From a bacterium (GTDB lineage: Bacteria; Actinomycetota; Acidimicrobiia; Spongiisociales; JAENVV01): DNA of 64,000 nucleotides. The notes beneath the pieces are model-generated. The model was not told the origin of the DNA and did no database searches. It worked only from the letters and a program-made list of their open reading frames with translations. The position numbers and the translations under genes are program-made. Positions 50,371 to 58,735 of the stretch are shown one piece after another. Position 1 is the stretch's first letter; every line of letters begins with the position of its first letter. The stretch lies in assembly GCA_024641305.1 (NCBI GenBank), contig JAHEDI010000004.1:2126-66125 (forward strand), written 5' to 3'.

Positions 50371-52818
50371 ATGACCACCAACATCCATCAGCTAGAGCGG
50401 CGCGAGCGGCGCGGCAAGTGGTTCGTCGCAACGGCGATCCTGCTTTCCATCAGCGTATTGACCGCTTCATGGGTCGGTCTTTTCTCATTCATGGCAGCCA
50501 CGACCGCCCACAGTGTGATGGTCGACGTGGAATCGGCCGTCATCCCCGAAGTCGACGGAGACGCCTTGAACTTCCCGAACCTCTCTCGAGTGTCGCTCGT
50601 ATATGCGTCGAACGGCACACTGCTCGCCGAGCTGCACGATGGCATCGTGTCAGAGCCGGTTCGCTTCGAGGACATCCCCCCCGTCATGATCGATGCGATT
50701 CTCGCAGCCGAAGACGCAGACTTCTTTCAACACTCGGGAGTCGACTGGAGCGCCATCGCATCGGCCTTTATCGACAATTTGAGTTCGGATACCCAGCGCG
50801 GCGGATCCACGATCACCCAGCAGGTCGTAAAGAAGACCTTTGTTGGTGATGAGGTCTCCTATGAGCGCAAGCTGCGTGAGGCAGTGACGGCCATCGAGTT
50901 GGAGCGTCGCTACTCCAAGGAGCAGATCCTGGAGTACTACTTGAACTCCGTCTACTTCGGCTCCAGCGCCTACGGCGTCCGGGCCGCCGGCCGCGAGTTC
51001 TTCGATAAGGAGCTCGACGAGCTGACCATTGCAGAAGCGGCCACGCTGGCCGTACTTCCTCGCAACCCTTCCGTCTACAGTCCCCGCTCCAACCCTGAGA
51101 CAACCCTCAACCGGCGCAACAGCGTCATCGACGAAATGCTCGACGCCGATTTCATCACGCAGGACCAGCGCAATACCGCCATTGCCGAAAATATGTCGAT
51201 CGCTCCTCCCAAGACGTTTATCAGCCCGGCTGACCATGTCGTCGCCGAAGTCAAACGGCGACTGCTCGACGATCCGGAATTCGAGTTCCTGGGGGCTACC
51301 CGCGACGAGCGTAAGCAGGCCATCTTCGGCTGCCCGGCCGATGACGTCGAGTGTGAGGGCGGGGGTGGCCTGAGTATTCGTTTAACCATCGATCTTGACC
51401 TCCAAAATGCCGCCAACGACATCCTCCACAACTGGCTGCCCACCCCGGCGGACCCCGCGGAAAAGGCTCCCACCGGGGCCATCGCCACCGTGGATTCCAA
51501 GACTGGCGCCATCCTGGTCATGGCGTCCGGGTTGCCATTTGGAGAAGAACAATTTGACCTGGCCACCCAGGGCAAGCGCAACCCCGGATCGGCCTTCAAA
51601 CCGTTCACGCTGGTGGCTGCACTGGAGTCGGGGACCTCGTTGAATTCTTTTTGGGACTCCACGAGTCCCAAAGAGTTCGATATCGGCGGAGGTCAGGTTT
51701 GGAACGTAAGTAATGCGGGCGGTGGCGGATCAGGGCTCATGCGACTGTTTGATGCGACCTACAACTCGGTCAACGTCGTATACGCCGGTGTCGCCATCGA
51801 AACCGGTCCCGACAAGATCGTCGACGTCGCCCACCGGATGGGAGTCAAGTCAGATCTACCGGCCGTTCCAGCCATCACACTGGGGGTGGGCGCGGTTTCA
51901 CCCCTTGAGATGGCGTCTGCTTTCACCAACTTCTCGACAAATGGTTTGTGGGCTGAGAGCTACCTCGTCGAGTCGATCACGGACTCGGCAGGCAGCATCA
52001 TTTACCAGCACGAGATCAACCGCGTTCAAACGGTTGACGCGGCCGTAATCGCTGCCGCCCGCCAACCACTTGAGGTCGTTCCCGTGAGCGGTACGGCCCC
52101 GCGAGCCAACATTGGACGACCACAGGGCGGCAAGACCGGTACCCATCAAAATTACCGGGAAGCCTGGTTTGTGGGATTCGTCCCCCAGGCAGCCACGGCC
52201 GTCTGGGTGGGATTTCCAGACAGTCAGATACCACTGACAAACGTCCGAATCCACGGTGAGACCTACTCAAGGGTCTTCGGTGGAAGTGTGCCGGCGCCAA
52301 TCTGGAAAGAGTTCATGCAGATCTATCTCGCCGACAAGCCGGCCGAGGACTTCCCGCCCGACCCGGAAGGAATCTCCGCCTACTTGCGAACCCCCTCAAC
52401 CGACGTACCGGACGTGGTTGGCATGCTTGAAGAAGAAGCAACCGACGCGATTGGTACCGCGCACCTCAACACGGTCGTAGAGGAAGTGCCATCAAATGAG
52501 CCGGCAGGCACCGTCATCGCTCAGCTGCCTGAAGCCGGTGCCGTTCTGCCTCAGGGTTCGTCGGTCACCATCTCGATCTCCGTCGAGGGCCGACCTCTTC
52601 CGCTGTTTGAAGGACTCGACCAGGGCCAATTCGAGCAGGCATTCAACAACTTCCAGGCCGAGACCGGGATCACGTTGGTAGTCGATTTTCAGACTGTCGA
52701 AACCGGCGACTCCAAGAAGGTCGGCAAGATCATCCGGCAACGGCCCGCCCCTGGCAGTCTGGTCGGAGACGGCGACACGATCGTCATCATCTTCGGGGTA
52801 CGCAAAAGCGAAGGCTGA
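50371..52818 (+). CDS. Class A penicillin-binding protein with C-terminal PASTA-like domains
   Basis: AAED..F..H, GSTITQQ, RKL.E, SAFK, SVN, KTGT; VPDVVG PASTA. Confidence 0.95.
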   Translation: MTTNIHQLERRERRGKWFVATAILLSISVLTASWVGLFSFMAATTAHSVMVDVESAVIPEVDGDALNFPNLSRVSLVYASNGTLLAELHDGIVSEPVRFEDIPPVMIDAILAAEDADFFQHSGVDWSAIASAFIDNLSSDTQRGGSTITQQVVKKTFVGDEVSYERKLREAVTAIELERRYSKEQILEYYLNSVYFGSSAYGVRAAGREFFDKELDELTIAEAATLAVLPRNPSVYSPRSNPETTLNRRNSVIDEMLDADFITQDQRNTAIAENMSIAPPKTFISPADHVVAEVKRRLLDDPEFEFLGATRDERKQAIFGCPADDVECEGGGGLSIRLTIDLDLQNAANDILHNWLPTPADPAEKAPTGAIATVDSKTGAILVMASGLPFGEEQFDLATQGKRNPGSAFKPFTLVAALESGTSLNSFWDSTSPKEFDIGGGQVWNVSNAGGGGSGLMRLFDATYNSVNVVYAGVAIETGPDKIVDVAHRMGVKSDLPAVPAITLGVGAVSPLEMASAFTNFSTNGLWAESYLVESITDSAGSIIYQHEINRVQTVDAAVIAAARQPLEVVPVSGTAPRANIGRPQGGKTGTHQNYREAWFVGFVPQAATAVWVGFPDSQIPLTNVRIHGETYSRVFGGSVPAPIWKEFMQIYLADKPAEDFPPDPEGISAYLRTPSTDVPDVVGMLEEEATDAIGTAHLNTVVEEVPSNEPAGTVIAQLPEAGAVLPQGSSVTISISVEGRPLPLFEGLDQGQFEQAFNNFQAETGITLVVDFQTVETGDSKKVGKIIRQRPAPGSLVGDGDTIVIIFGVRKSEG

Positions 52819-52840
52819 GTTCGTCAAGCAAACGTAGTGG

Positions 52841-52876
52841 TTGACATTGGTTAACGTTATGTGATATTTCGTAACG
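52841..52876 (+). promoter_or_regulatory. SigA-type promoter overlapped by a 22-bp imperfect palindrome
   Basis: TTGACA-16-GATATT; CGTTATGTGATATTTCGTAACG at 52855-52876. Confidence 0.55.
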
Positions 52877-53254
52877 GTGAGACCTGTCGTACCCGGGACC
52901 GAGGAAAACCTCGCTGCATCAGCCGCCGCACCAATCTCGGGTGCGCCAGGTCCTCGTCGGTCCGCTCAACCACGGCCGTGGGTTCGCCCCCACCTCTACG
53001 AGCGTCCGGCCCCGATCCTCTTCACTGATCCTTACGTCCGCTCCCGTTGGACAGCCGCACTCGGACCTCAGGCAGTCGCCGACTTGATGCGGCTGATCCG
53101 GGCAGCCGAACAGGGTCGGCGCATTCGCTGTCCCATTCGTCTGCCATCACTGGTGGTTGCCGGCCTGGTTGTCTGGGCAAGAGGAGAACTGTTTGTCTCC
53201 CGCCAAATTCCGGAGGTCCCCGCTCATCTCCTCCCCCGTCGCCTCCGCCGATGA
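52877..53254 (+). CDS. Hypothetical basic protein (possible winged-helix-like)
   Basis: DPYVRSRWTAALGPQAVADL.RL motif; promoter directly upstream. Confidence 0.6.
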   Translation: MRPVVPGTEENLAASAAAPISGAPGPRRSAQPRPWVRPHLYERPAPILFTDPYVRSRWTAALGPQAVADLMRLIRAAEQGRRIRCPIRLPSLVVAGLVVWARGELFVSRQIPEVPAHLLPRRLRR

Positions 53255-53301
53255 CCGACTGACCCCGCGCCAGAATCGTGCCGCCGTCTAGTCTCCTGAT
53301 C

Positions 53302-53526
53302 ATGAGCGCCATTACGAAAACCGTTACCCTTTCAGGCGGATCACCGACCAGTTACGAAGACGCCATCCGCACCATCCTCGGCCGGGCCGCAGAGTCCGTG
53401 AGTGAGATCACCCGGTTCGAGGTCGTCTCGATGTCGGGCAAGGTCGACGCATCGGGGCTACCCGCCAGCTTTGATATCACACTCCTTCTCACGTTTGTCG
53501 TTAAAGAATCACTGGCCCACAATTGA
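53302..53526 (+). CDS. Dodecin-like protein
   Basis: K.V.L.G.S..S.EDAI....RA..S......FEV...G.V pattern. Confidence 0.75.
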   Translation: MSAITKTVTLSGGSPTSYEDAIRTILGRAAESVSEITRFEVVSMSGKVDASGLPASFDITLLLTFVVKESLAHN

Positions 53527-54491
53527 CCGTCACCGATCTGGGGGACGGGATCTGGCGCATTACCGCGCCGCTACCTTTCGTCGCACCCAAATCGGTTAAC
53601 TGTTACGTATTCGAAGGCCAGGAAGGCCTTACGATGCTCGACTGCGGGGTCGAAAGCGAAGCGGGCCTGGCATCGATACGGACCGGTTTAGCCACAATTG
53701 GCGGCAACCTCACGACCTTGATCGGCTCACATCTCCACGTCGACCACGTGGCGGCGGCCGGTGCCCTGATCGAAGAGACCGGAGCCCGGTGGGTCATGCA
53801 CGAGACCACTTCCGACGAGATCCCCCGCTACAACGATTGGACGCTTCGAGCCACGGGCCTGGCGCTTGCGGCGGGAGCCCATGGGGCACCGACCGAGTTC
53901 ACAGAAGCGCTTCTCACAGATTGGGAACGCCCACCCTGGTACGGAATCGCCGTGAACCCGTCCGATGCCGTGGCCGACGACGATCGGATCAGTCTTGGCG
54001 GAGATCGATACTTGAAGGTGCTCTACACGCCCGGCCACCAGATAAATCACATCTGCCTGGTCGACTCCCGGACTGACCTGTTGTTCTCCGGAGACCATGT
54101 CCTTCCCCGTATCTCGCCATTCGTCCCTTACACGGGGCCCGAATCCGACCACCTGGGCGACTACCTGGCCTCGATCGATCGGATCGTCCGACTTGAAACC
54201 TCACGTACCCACCCTGCCCACGGTACCGAGATCGAGCGTGGATCGGAACGGGCCCATCAGATCTCCCTTCATCACGATCGTCGCCTTGAAGACATGATCG
54301 ATCACCTCACCGCCGGGCCCGACACTGCCTGGCACGTCATGGAGAAGACCTTCCGACCTAACCTCAGTTTTCTCCAGCAACGCCTGGCCATTCAGGAAAC
54401 ATTGGCTCACCTCGAGCACCTACGTCGAAAAGGCAGGCTGCGTCTCATCGGAGATCCGTCGAATTGGCAGTATGAAAGAACCGGTCGATGA
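53523..54491 (+). CDS. MBL-fold metallo-hydrolase with C-terminal winged helix
   Basis: SHLHVDH, TPGH, SGDHVLPRISP, PAHG, E.LAHL. Confidence 0.9.
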   Translation: MTVTDLGDGIWRITAPLPFVAPKSVNCYVFEGQEGLTMLDCGVESEAGLASIRTGLATIGGNLTTLIGSHLHVDHVAAAGALIEETGARWVMHETTSDEIPRYNDWTLRATGLALAAGAHGAPTEFTEALLTDWERPPWYGIAVNPSDAVADDDRISLGGDRYLKVLYTPGHQINHICLVDSRTDLLFSGDHVLPRISPFVPYTGPESDHLGDYLASIDRIVRLETSRTHPAHGTEIERGSERAHQISLHHDRRLEDMIDHLTAGPDTAWHVMEKTFRPNLSFLQQRLAIQETLAHLEHLRRKGRLRLIGDPSNWQYERTGR

Positions 54492-55135
54492 CCTCAGCCA
54501 ATCACACCCTCCTCACGAGCGACGGCGAGAGACTTGAGTCGCTGTGGGATAGACCGGCCGGCCAAGCGATCGGAACGGTCGTCCTGTGTCATCCTCACCC
54601 GCTGCAGGGTGGGACGATGCGAGCCCCACTCATGAATCACGTTGCCGAGGGACTCGCCAGTCGAGGGTTTACTGTCCTCCGCTTCAACTTTCGAGGCGTC
54701 GGTGAATCCTCTGGGACCCATGGTTACGGGCAGGCGGAAATCGCTGATGTCAGCGCGGCGTGGGAGGCAGTCAACGAGGGGGCAACAGGACCATATGTTC
54801 TGGGCGGTTGGTCCTTTGGAGCGGCCACCTCATTGGTCTGGATGGCGCACACCAACACGGCGGTTCCGTGGGCTGGCATTGCTCCACCTGTCACAGGAAC
54901 GCGCAGCCCGACTCTCCCCCTGCTCCTGCCTGCGGCTCCTCGCACATTCATCCTCGGCGACAGAGATCAATTCACCACCGTGGCGGAAACAGAAGCTTAT
55001 ATCGATCAGGTTTCGGGCCAACTTCACGTGATCAAGGGTTCAGACCACTTCTTCTACTTTCGAGAAACGGTCGTGACCGATCTCATGGCCGGAGCCTTCG
55101 GGTGGCACCCTGGCGGTCAATCGCCTGGCGCATAG
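54488..55135 (+). CDS. Alpha/beta hydrolase
   Basis: CHPHP..GGTM, LRFNFRGVG.S.G, GWSFG, G..D, DHFF. Confidence 0.92.
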   Translation: MTSANHTLLTSDGERLESLWDRPAGQAIGTVVLCHPHPLQGGTMRAPLMNHVAEGLASRGFTVLRFNFRGVGESSGTHGYGQAEIADVSAAWEAVNEGATGPYVLGGWSFGAATSLVWMAHTNTAVPWAGIAPPVTGTRSPTLPLLLPAAPRTFILGDRDQFTTVAETEAYIDQVSGQLHVIKGSDHFFYFRETVVTDLMAGAFGWHPGGQSPGA

Positions 55136-55165
55136 CCATTGGGAGCTACCGATCGTTACGAAATC

Positions 55166-55375
55166 TCACCGCGGTCGGAATCCACGGTTGGATGCTTCCG
55201 GAAGGGCATCAGGGCCAAATGTCGAGATGAGATTTCGCATGGTCAGATTCTCGACGCCGTTGCGTTGGGAAAGTTCGGCAAACTGTGCCGGATCGTCACA
55301 GTCGTACACGATCATGGTATCCCTGACTCCTAGGAACCGATTGTGTTCAAATCGCCTCAGCCGCGCTGCAGCCAT
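55166..55375 (-). CDS. Small hypothetical protein
   Basis: RFEHNRFLG....VYD.D...TFGPD.L.EA.NRGF; SD GAAGG; continues the operon. Confidence 0.65.
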   Translation of the reverse strand: MAAARLRRFEHNRFLGVRDTMIVYDCDDPAQFAELSQRNGVENLTMRNLISTFGPDALPEASNRGFRPR

Positions 55376-55402
55376 ACGTCCGCCTTCCAGTTCGCTCAAA
55401 GG

Positions 55403-55705
55403 CTAGTCGTCTGTCGGCCCGGCGCCTACCGGAACATCGGCCTGGCAATTGGGGCAAGTGGCCGTGTCGACGGCCCCGACGATGAAAGAAAACGAGCAAT
55501 CCGGACAGACAATTCGAGGGGAAGGTTCCGCAGGGGGAACCGGCATCGTAGGGACGGAGGAGATGGTGGGCTTCGCCGGTGGCGGGGCCGACGCCCCGCC
55601 CAGTCCCCCACTCACCTGGTTCACGGCCCCACACGCCGGACATTTGAATCGCCCCTCACCGGCAACGTCCACTTCGGTCGCACAGGCGCCGCATCGAACT
55701 CTCAT
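55403..55705 (-). CDS. Double zinc-ribbon protein
   Basis: Four CxxC pairs in two modules separated by a Pro-rich linker; ATGA overlap. Confidence 0.75.
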   Translation of the reverse strand: MRVRCGACATEVDVAGEGRFKCPACGAVNQVSGGLGGASAPPPAKPTISSVPTMPVPPAEPSPRIVCPDCSFSFIVGAVDTATCPNCQADVPVGAGPTDD

Positions 55706-56127
55706 GTTTCGTTCCCCTCAACAATGCCGGCGACAGCCCCGATCGATTCGAGATACCCGAACTGGCCCGCTAGGACCGCCCGGACGTCCTCCGGTTCAAA
55801 CGAGTTCACTTTTGTAAGAATGTAGCCAACCGATTCGTCCGTTGCACCCATCACGACAGACGCAGATCCGAGAGGTTTGCCTTTGACACTCTGTTGGAGC
55901 CCGAAAACCTGCCATTCGATAATTGACCGAACGCCATCTGGCGTAAGCCTGCTCTTCTGGCCACCATCGAACTGACTCCAAACCCACTCGACCGCGTCGT
56001 CAATGATGAACTCAGCCGGGTCACTCGACGACCTGGTTCGAATCTCTTGGAACAGCATCACACCGATGAGTACGAGAAACACCACTGCCAGCACGGCACC
56101 GAGCGCGATGGCAGTTGCCGAACTCAC
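55702..56127 (-). CDS. Hypothetical membrane-anchored protein
   Basis: N-terminal TM helix; tight operon spacing. Confidence 0.7.
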   Translation of the reverse strand: MSSATAIALGAVLAVVFLVLIGVMLFQEIRTRSSSDPAEFIIDDAVEWVWSQFDGGQKSRLTPDGVRSIIEWQVFGLQQSVKGKPLGSASVVMGATDESVGYILTKVNSFEPEDVRAVLAGQFGYLESIGAVAGIVEGNET

Positions 56128-56130
56128 GCC

Positions 56131-57252
56131 TCATATTCCAATCTGGTCAGCCAGCAAGACCCGATGATATGACGGATCACCAAACAGCAACTCGGAACTC
56201 TTGGACCTCTTCAGATAGAGGTGGGCATCGTGTTCCCAGGTGAAGCCAATTCCTCCATGGATCTGAATGTTCTCGGCCGCTGCGGAGAAGTATTTCTCGG
56301 TACAATATGACTTCGCCAGAGGAGCAACGATGGGAAGCTCATCGTTATCCTCCGAAACAGCCCACGCCGCGTAATACGCCGCACTCTTGGCCGACTCCAC
56401 GCCTACGAGCATGTCCGCGCACTTGTGTTTGATCGCCTGAAACGAGCCGATCGGGCGCCCGAACTGAATTCTCACCTTGGCGTATTCCACCGCCATGTCG
56501 AGGACCTTCTGGGCTCCGCCGACCGATTCGACGGCCAGCGCTACCGCAGCAATCCGATACACCTCTTCCAGCGTTTCCCAACCGCCACCAACGGATCCCA
56601 AAACCGCTGCAGCTGGCGCCGTCACATCGGTGAAATTGATTTCGGCGAGTTTTCGAGTCTGATCCATCGAATCGACAACTTTGCGATCGATTCCGTCCAG
56701 GCCGGCATCGACCAAAAACAGAGTCACCCCTTGATCGGTTCTGGCAGCCACAACGAGCATGTCTGCCGTGTGACCGTCAATCACGAAACTCTTCATGCCC
56801 GACAGGCGAAATCCGTCCCCATCGGGGACGGCGAGCATCTCAATTCCCGCCTCGTCCCACCGTCCGGCAGGCTCGGTGACCGCCAGGCCCAGCCGTAGAG
56901 TCCCTTCGGAAACCGACGGAAGCACCGCCCGTTTCTGCTCCTCGGAACCGGCCAGCAGAACCGCGTTCGCTCCGAGTATCACCGTAGAGAGGAATGGAGC
57001 CGGGAGGAGCGTTCGACCCATTTCTTCAAGCAAGACCGTGGTTTCCAGGAAACTGAAGCCAGCTCCTCCATACGACTCAGGAATGGCCAACCCAAGCCAG
57101 CCCATGTCCGCCATGTCTGCCCAGATGCCGCCATCGAAGCCGGTCTCAGACGCCATTAGCTCGCGGACCGTGGCGGTCGGACATTTGTCGTCCAGGAACC
57201 GGCGAGCTGTCTCGCGGAGAAACTCTTGTTCTTCACTAAAGGCAAAGTTCAT
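56131..57252 (-). CDS. Acyl-CoA dehydrogenase family protein
   Basis: MNFAFSEEQ, G.K.FV, YAK.R.QFG.PIGSFQAIKH, QIHGGIGFTWEH. Confidence 0.95.
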   Translation of the reverse strand: MNFAFSEEQEFLRETARRFLDDKCPTATVRELMASETGFDGGIWADMADMGWLGLAIPESYGGAGFSFLETTVLLEEMGRTLLPAPFLSTVILGANAVLLAGSEEQKRAVLPSVSEGTLRLGLAVTEPAGRWDEAGIEMLAVPDGDGFRLSGMKSFVIDGHTADMLVVAARTDQGVTLFLVDAGLDGIDRKVVDSMDQTRKLAEINFTDVTAPAAAVLGSVGGGWETLEEVYRIAAVALAVESVGGAQKVLDMAVEYAKVRIQFGRPIGSFQAIKHKCADMLVGVESAKSAAYYAAWAVSEDNDELPIVAPLAKSYCTEKYFSAAAENIQIHGGIGFTWEHDAHLYLKRSKSSELLFGDPSYHRVLLADQIGI

Positions 57253-57324
57253 GCAAACTCCTCGTCATCGGCACCCATGTTAACCATCGTTCACGGTGCG
57301 CACCGCCAGGTAGTCTCCCATTTC

Positions 57325-57924
57325 ATGTTGACGATTGATCTAGCTGCTGCCCAAATTCGTTCACTAAGTGTCGGCCCACTCGACAACAATGTCTACATAG
57401 TCAGCTGCAAAGCGACCGGTAAGGCAGCAATCGTCGACGCGGCCAACGAGCCAGACCGCATTCTGGCTGCCGCCGACAATGTCGATCCCCAGGTCATCCT
57501 GACCACTCATGGCCATGCTGACCACCTCGGGGCTGTCGCCGAAGTGACAGCTGCGCTGGGCATCCCCTTCCGACTGCACGAAGCCGACCGTGTCATCGCC
57601 GGCCGTTCGATTGACGAACCGTTACTCCCCGGCCTGATCACCGTAGGCGAGATCGGCATCGGCGCCATTCACACACCCGGTCACACACCCGGTTCGATGT
57701 GTTTTGTTCTAGATGGGGTCGTGCTGACCGGCGACACGCTGTTCCCTGGCGGTCCAGGAGCCACCAGATTCCCCTATTCGGACTTCGACCAGATCATGAA
57801 CAGCCTCAACACCCAGCTTTTTTCGAGACCCGACGAAACCCGGATCCTGCCGGGGCACGGTGCGCCAACCATGATCGGAACAGAGCGACCCCAACTCGCA
57901 GAATGGACGGCCCGACGTTGGTAA
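57325..57924 (+). CDS. MBL-fold hydrolase (glyoxalase II-like)
   Basis: THGHADH, HTPGHTPG, TGDTLFPGG.G, PGHG. Confidence 0.92.
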   Translation: MLTIDLAAAQIRSLSVGPLDNNVYIVSCKATGKAAIVDAANEPDRILAAADNVDPQVILTTHGHADHLGAVAEVTAALGIPFRLHEADRVIAGRSIDEPLLPGLITVGEIGIGAIHTPGHTPGSMCFVLDGVVLTGDTLFPGGPGATRFPYSDFDQIMNSLNTQLFSRPDETRILPGHGAPTMIGTERPQLAEWTARRW

Positions 57925-57927
57925 AGA

Positions 57928-57956
57928 CTCAAGAACGAGGCCAAATGCGACGATGA
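57928..57956 (+). promoter_or_regulatory. Candidate sigma-28/WhiG promoter
   Basis: TCAA-N16-GACGATGA upstream of the 57983 gene. Confidence 0.45.
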
Positions 57957-57982
57957 GGAAAGGTGATCAGGAGGCCTGACTG

Positions 57983-58654
57983 TTGTCAGCGGATGACAAC
58001 ATCGAAATAGAATTCCCGTCCCTCTCAAGGACGGTTCAGTCGAGGACTCCGCGCCCCGGGTCTGCCGCTGCCGATGCCTCTGACGGCCTGCCACCCGATG
58101 ATTCCACAGCCGATGACTTCGCCTGGTTGACGGCCATATTCGCCGACGACGACGAAACCACCGTCGAGGAACTGACCACCGTCGAGGACCGAGACGACGA
58201 CACCGACGACACCGCCTCGATCGGCGCCGGAGACCCATTGGTCGACGATGTCGAGGCGTTAGCCATCTCCCATAGGGGTCTTTTGGAGGACCCACTGGCT
58301 TCTGATGACACGCTCTTTCCATCCGACCGGATCGGGGACTCACCCGAGTACCTCGATCAGGTGGAACAGCCCGAGATCACCGCCTCCATGCTCCAAACAG
58401 ACGCCACCTTGGAAGTCGAGGACGACCCCGAAATCGACCGCTACCTCGAAGCCGACGAACCATCGTCGACCGACGACTCTTCTGGCCAGATATCCCACGG
58501 CACATCCACCACTATCACAACGCCGGGCGATCTCGTTCCCACCGGTTTGGCGGAACTCAAGAAAGCCAACGGATTCAGGGAGGAGATCCTCTCGACCTTT
58601 TCGCAGATGTATCGCAAATCAGCCCGTCCCGACGGAGACCGGACAGCTGGCTAA
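57983..58654 (+). CDS. Acidic, probably disordered hypothetical protein
   Basis: About 25% D/E; SD AGGAGG; C-terminal helix FREEILSTFSQMY. Confidence 0.7.
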   Translation: MSADDNIEIEFPSLSRTVQSRTPRPGSAAADASDGLPPDDSTADDFAWLTAIFADDDETTVEELTTVEDRDDDTDDTASIGAGDPLVDDVEALAISHRGLLEDPLASDDTLFPSDRIGDSPEYLDQVEQPEITASMLQTDATLEVEDDPEIDRYLEADEPSSTDDSSGQISHGTSTTITTPGDLVPTGLAELKKANGFREEILSTFSQMYRKSARPDGDRTAG

Positions 58655-58684
58655 CTAGTCATGCCACACTCAGACGGAATGGCC

Positions 58685-58711
58685 TCAGGCCGACCCGATT
58701 TCTGCCGATAA
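58685..58711 (+). promoter_or_regulatory. Sigma-28/WhiG-type promoter
   Basis: TCAG-N15-GCCGATAA, 24 nt before the GGDEF-EAL start. Confidence 0.7.
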
Positions 58712-58735
58712 CACCACATACAAGAGAAGACGTGC

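Noticed and set aside
52839-52866. Resemblance to a XerCD dif site (ATAA...ATGTCAA on the minus strand)
   Set aside because: Spacer is off by one and the XerD arm lacks TTATG; better explained as a promoter
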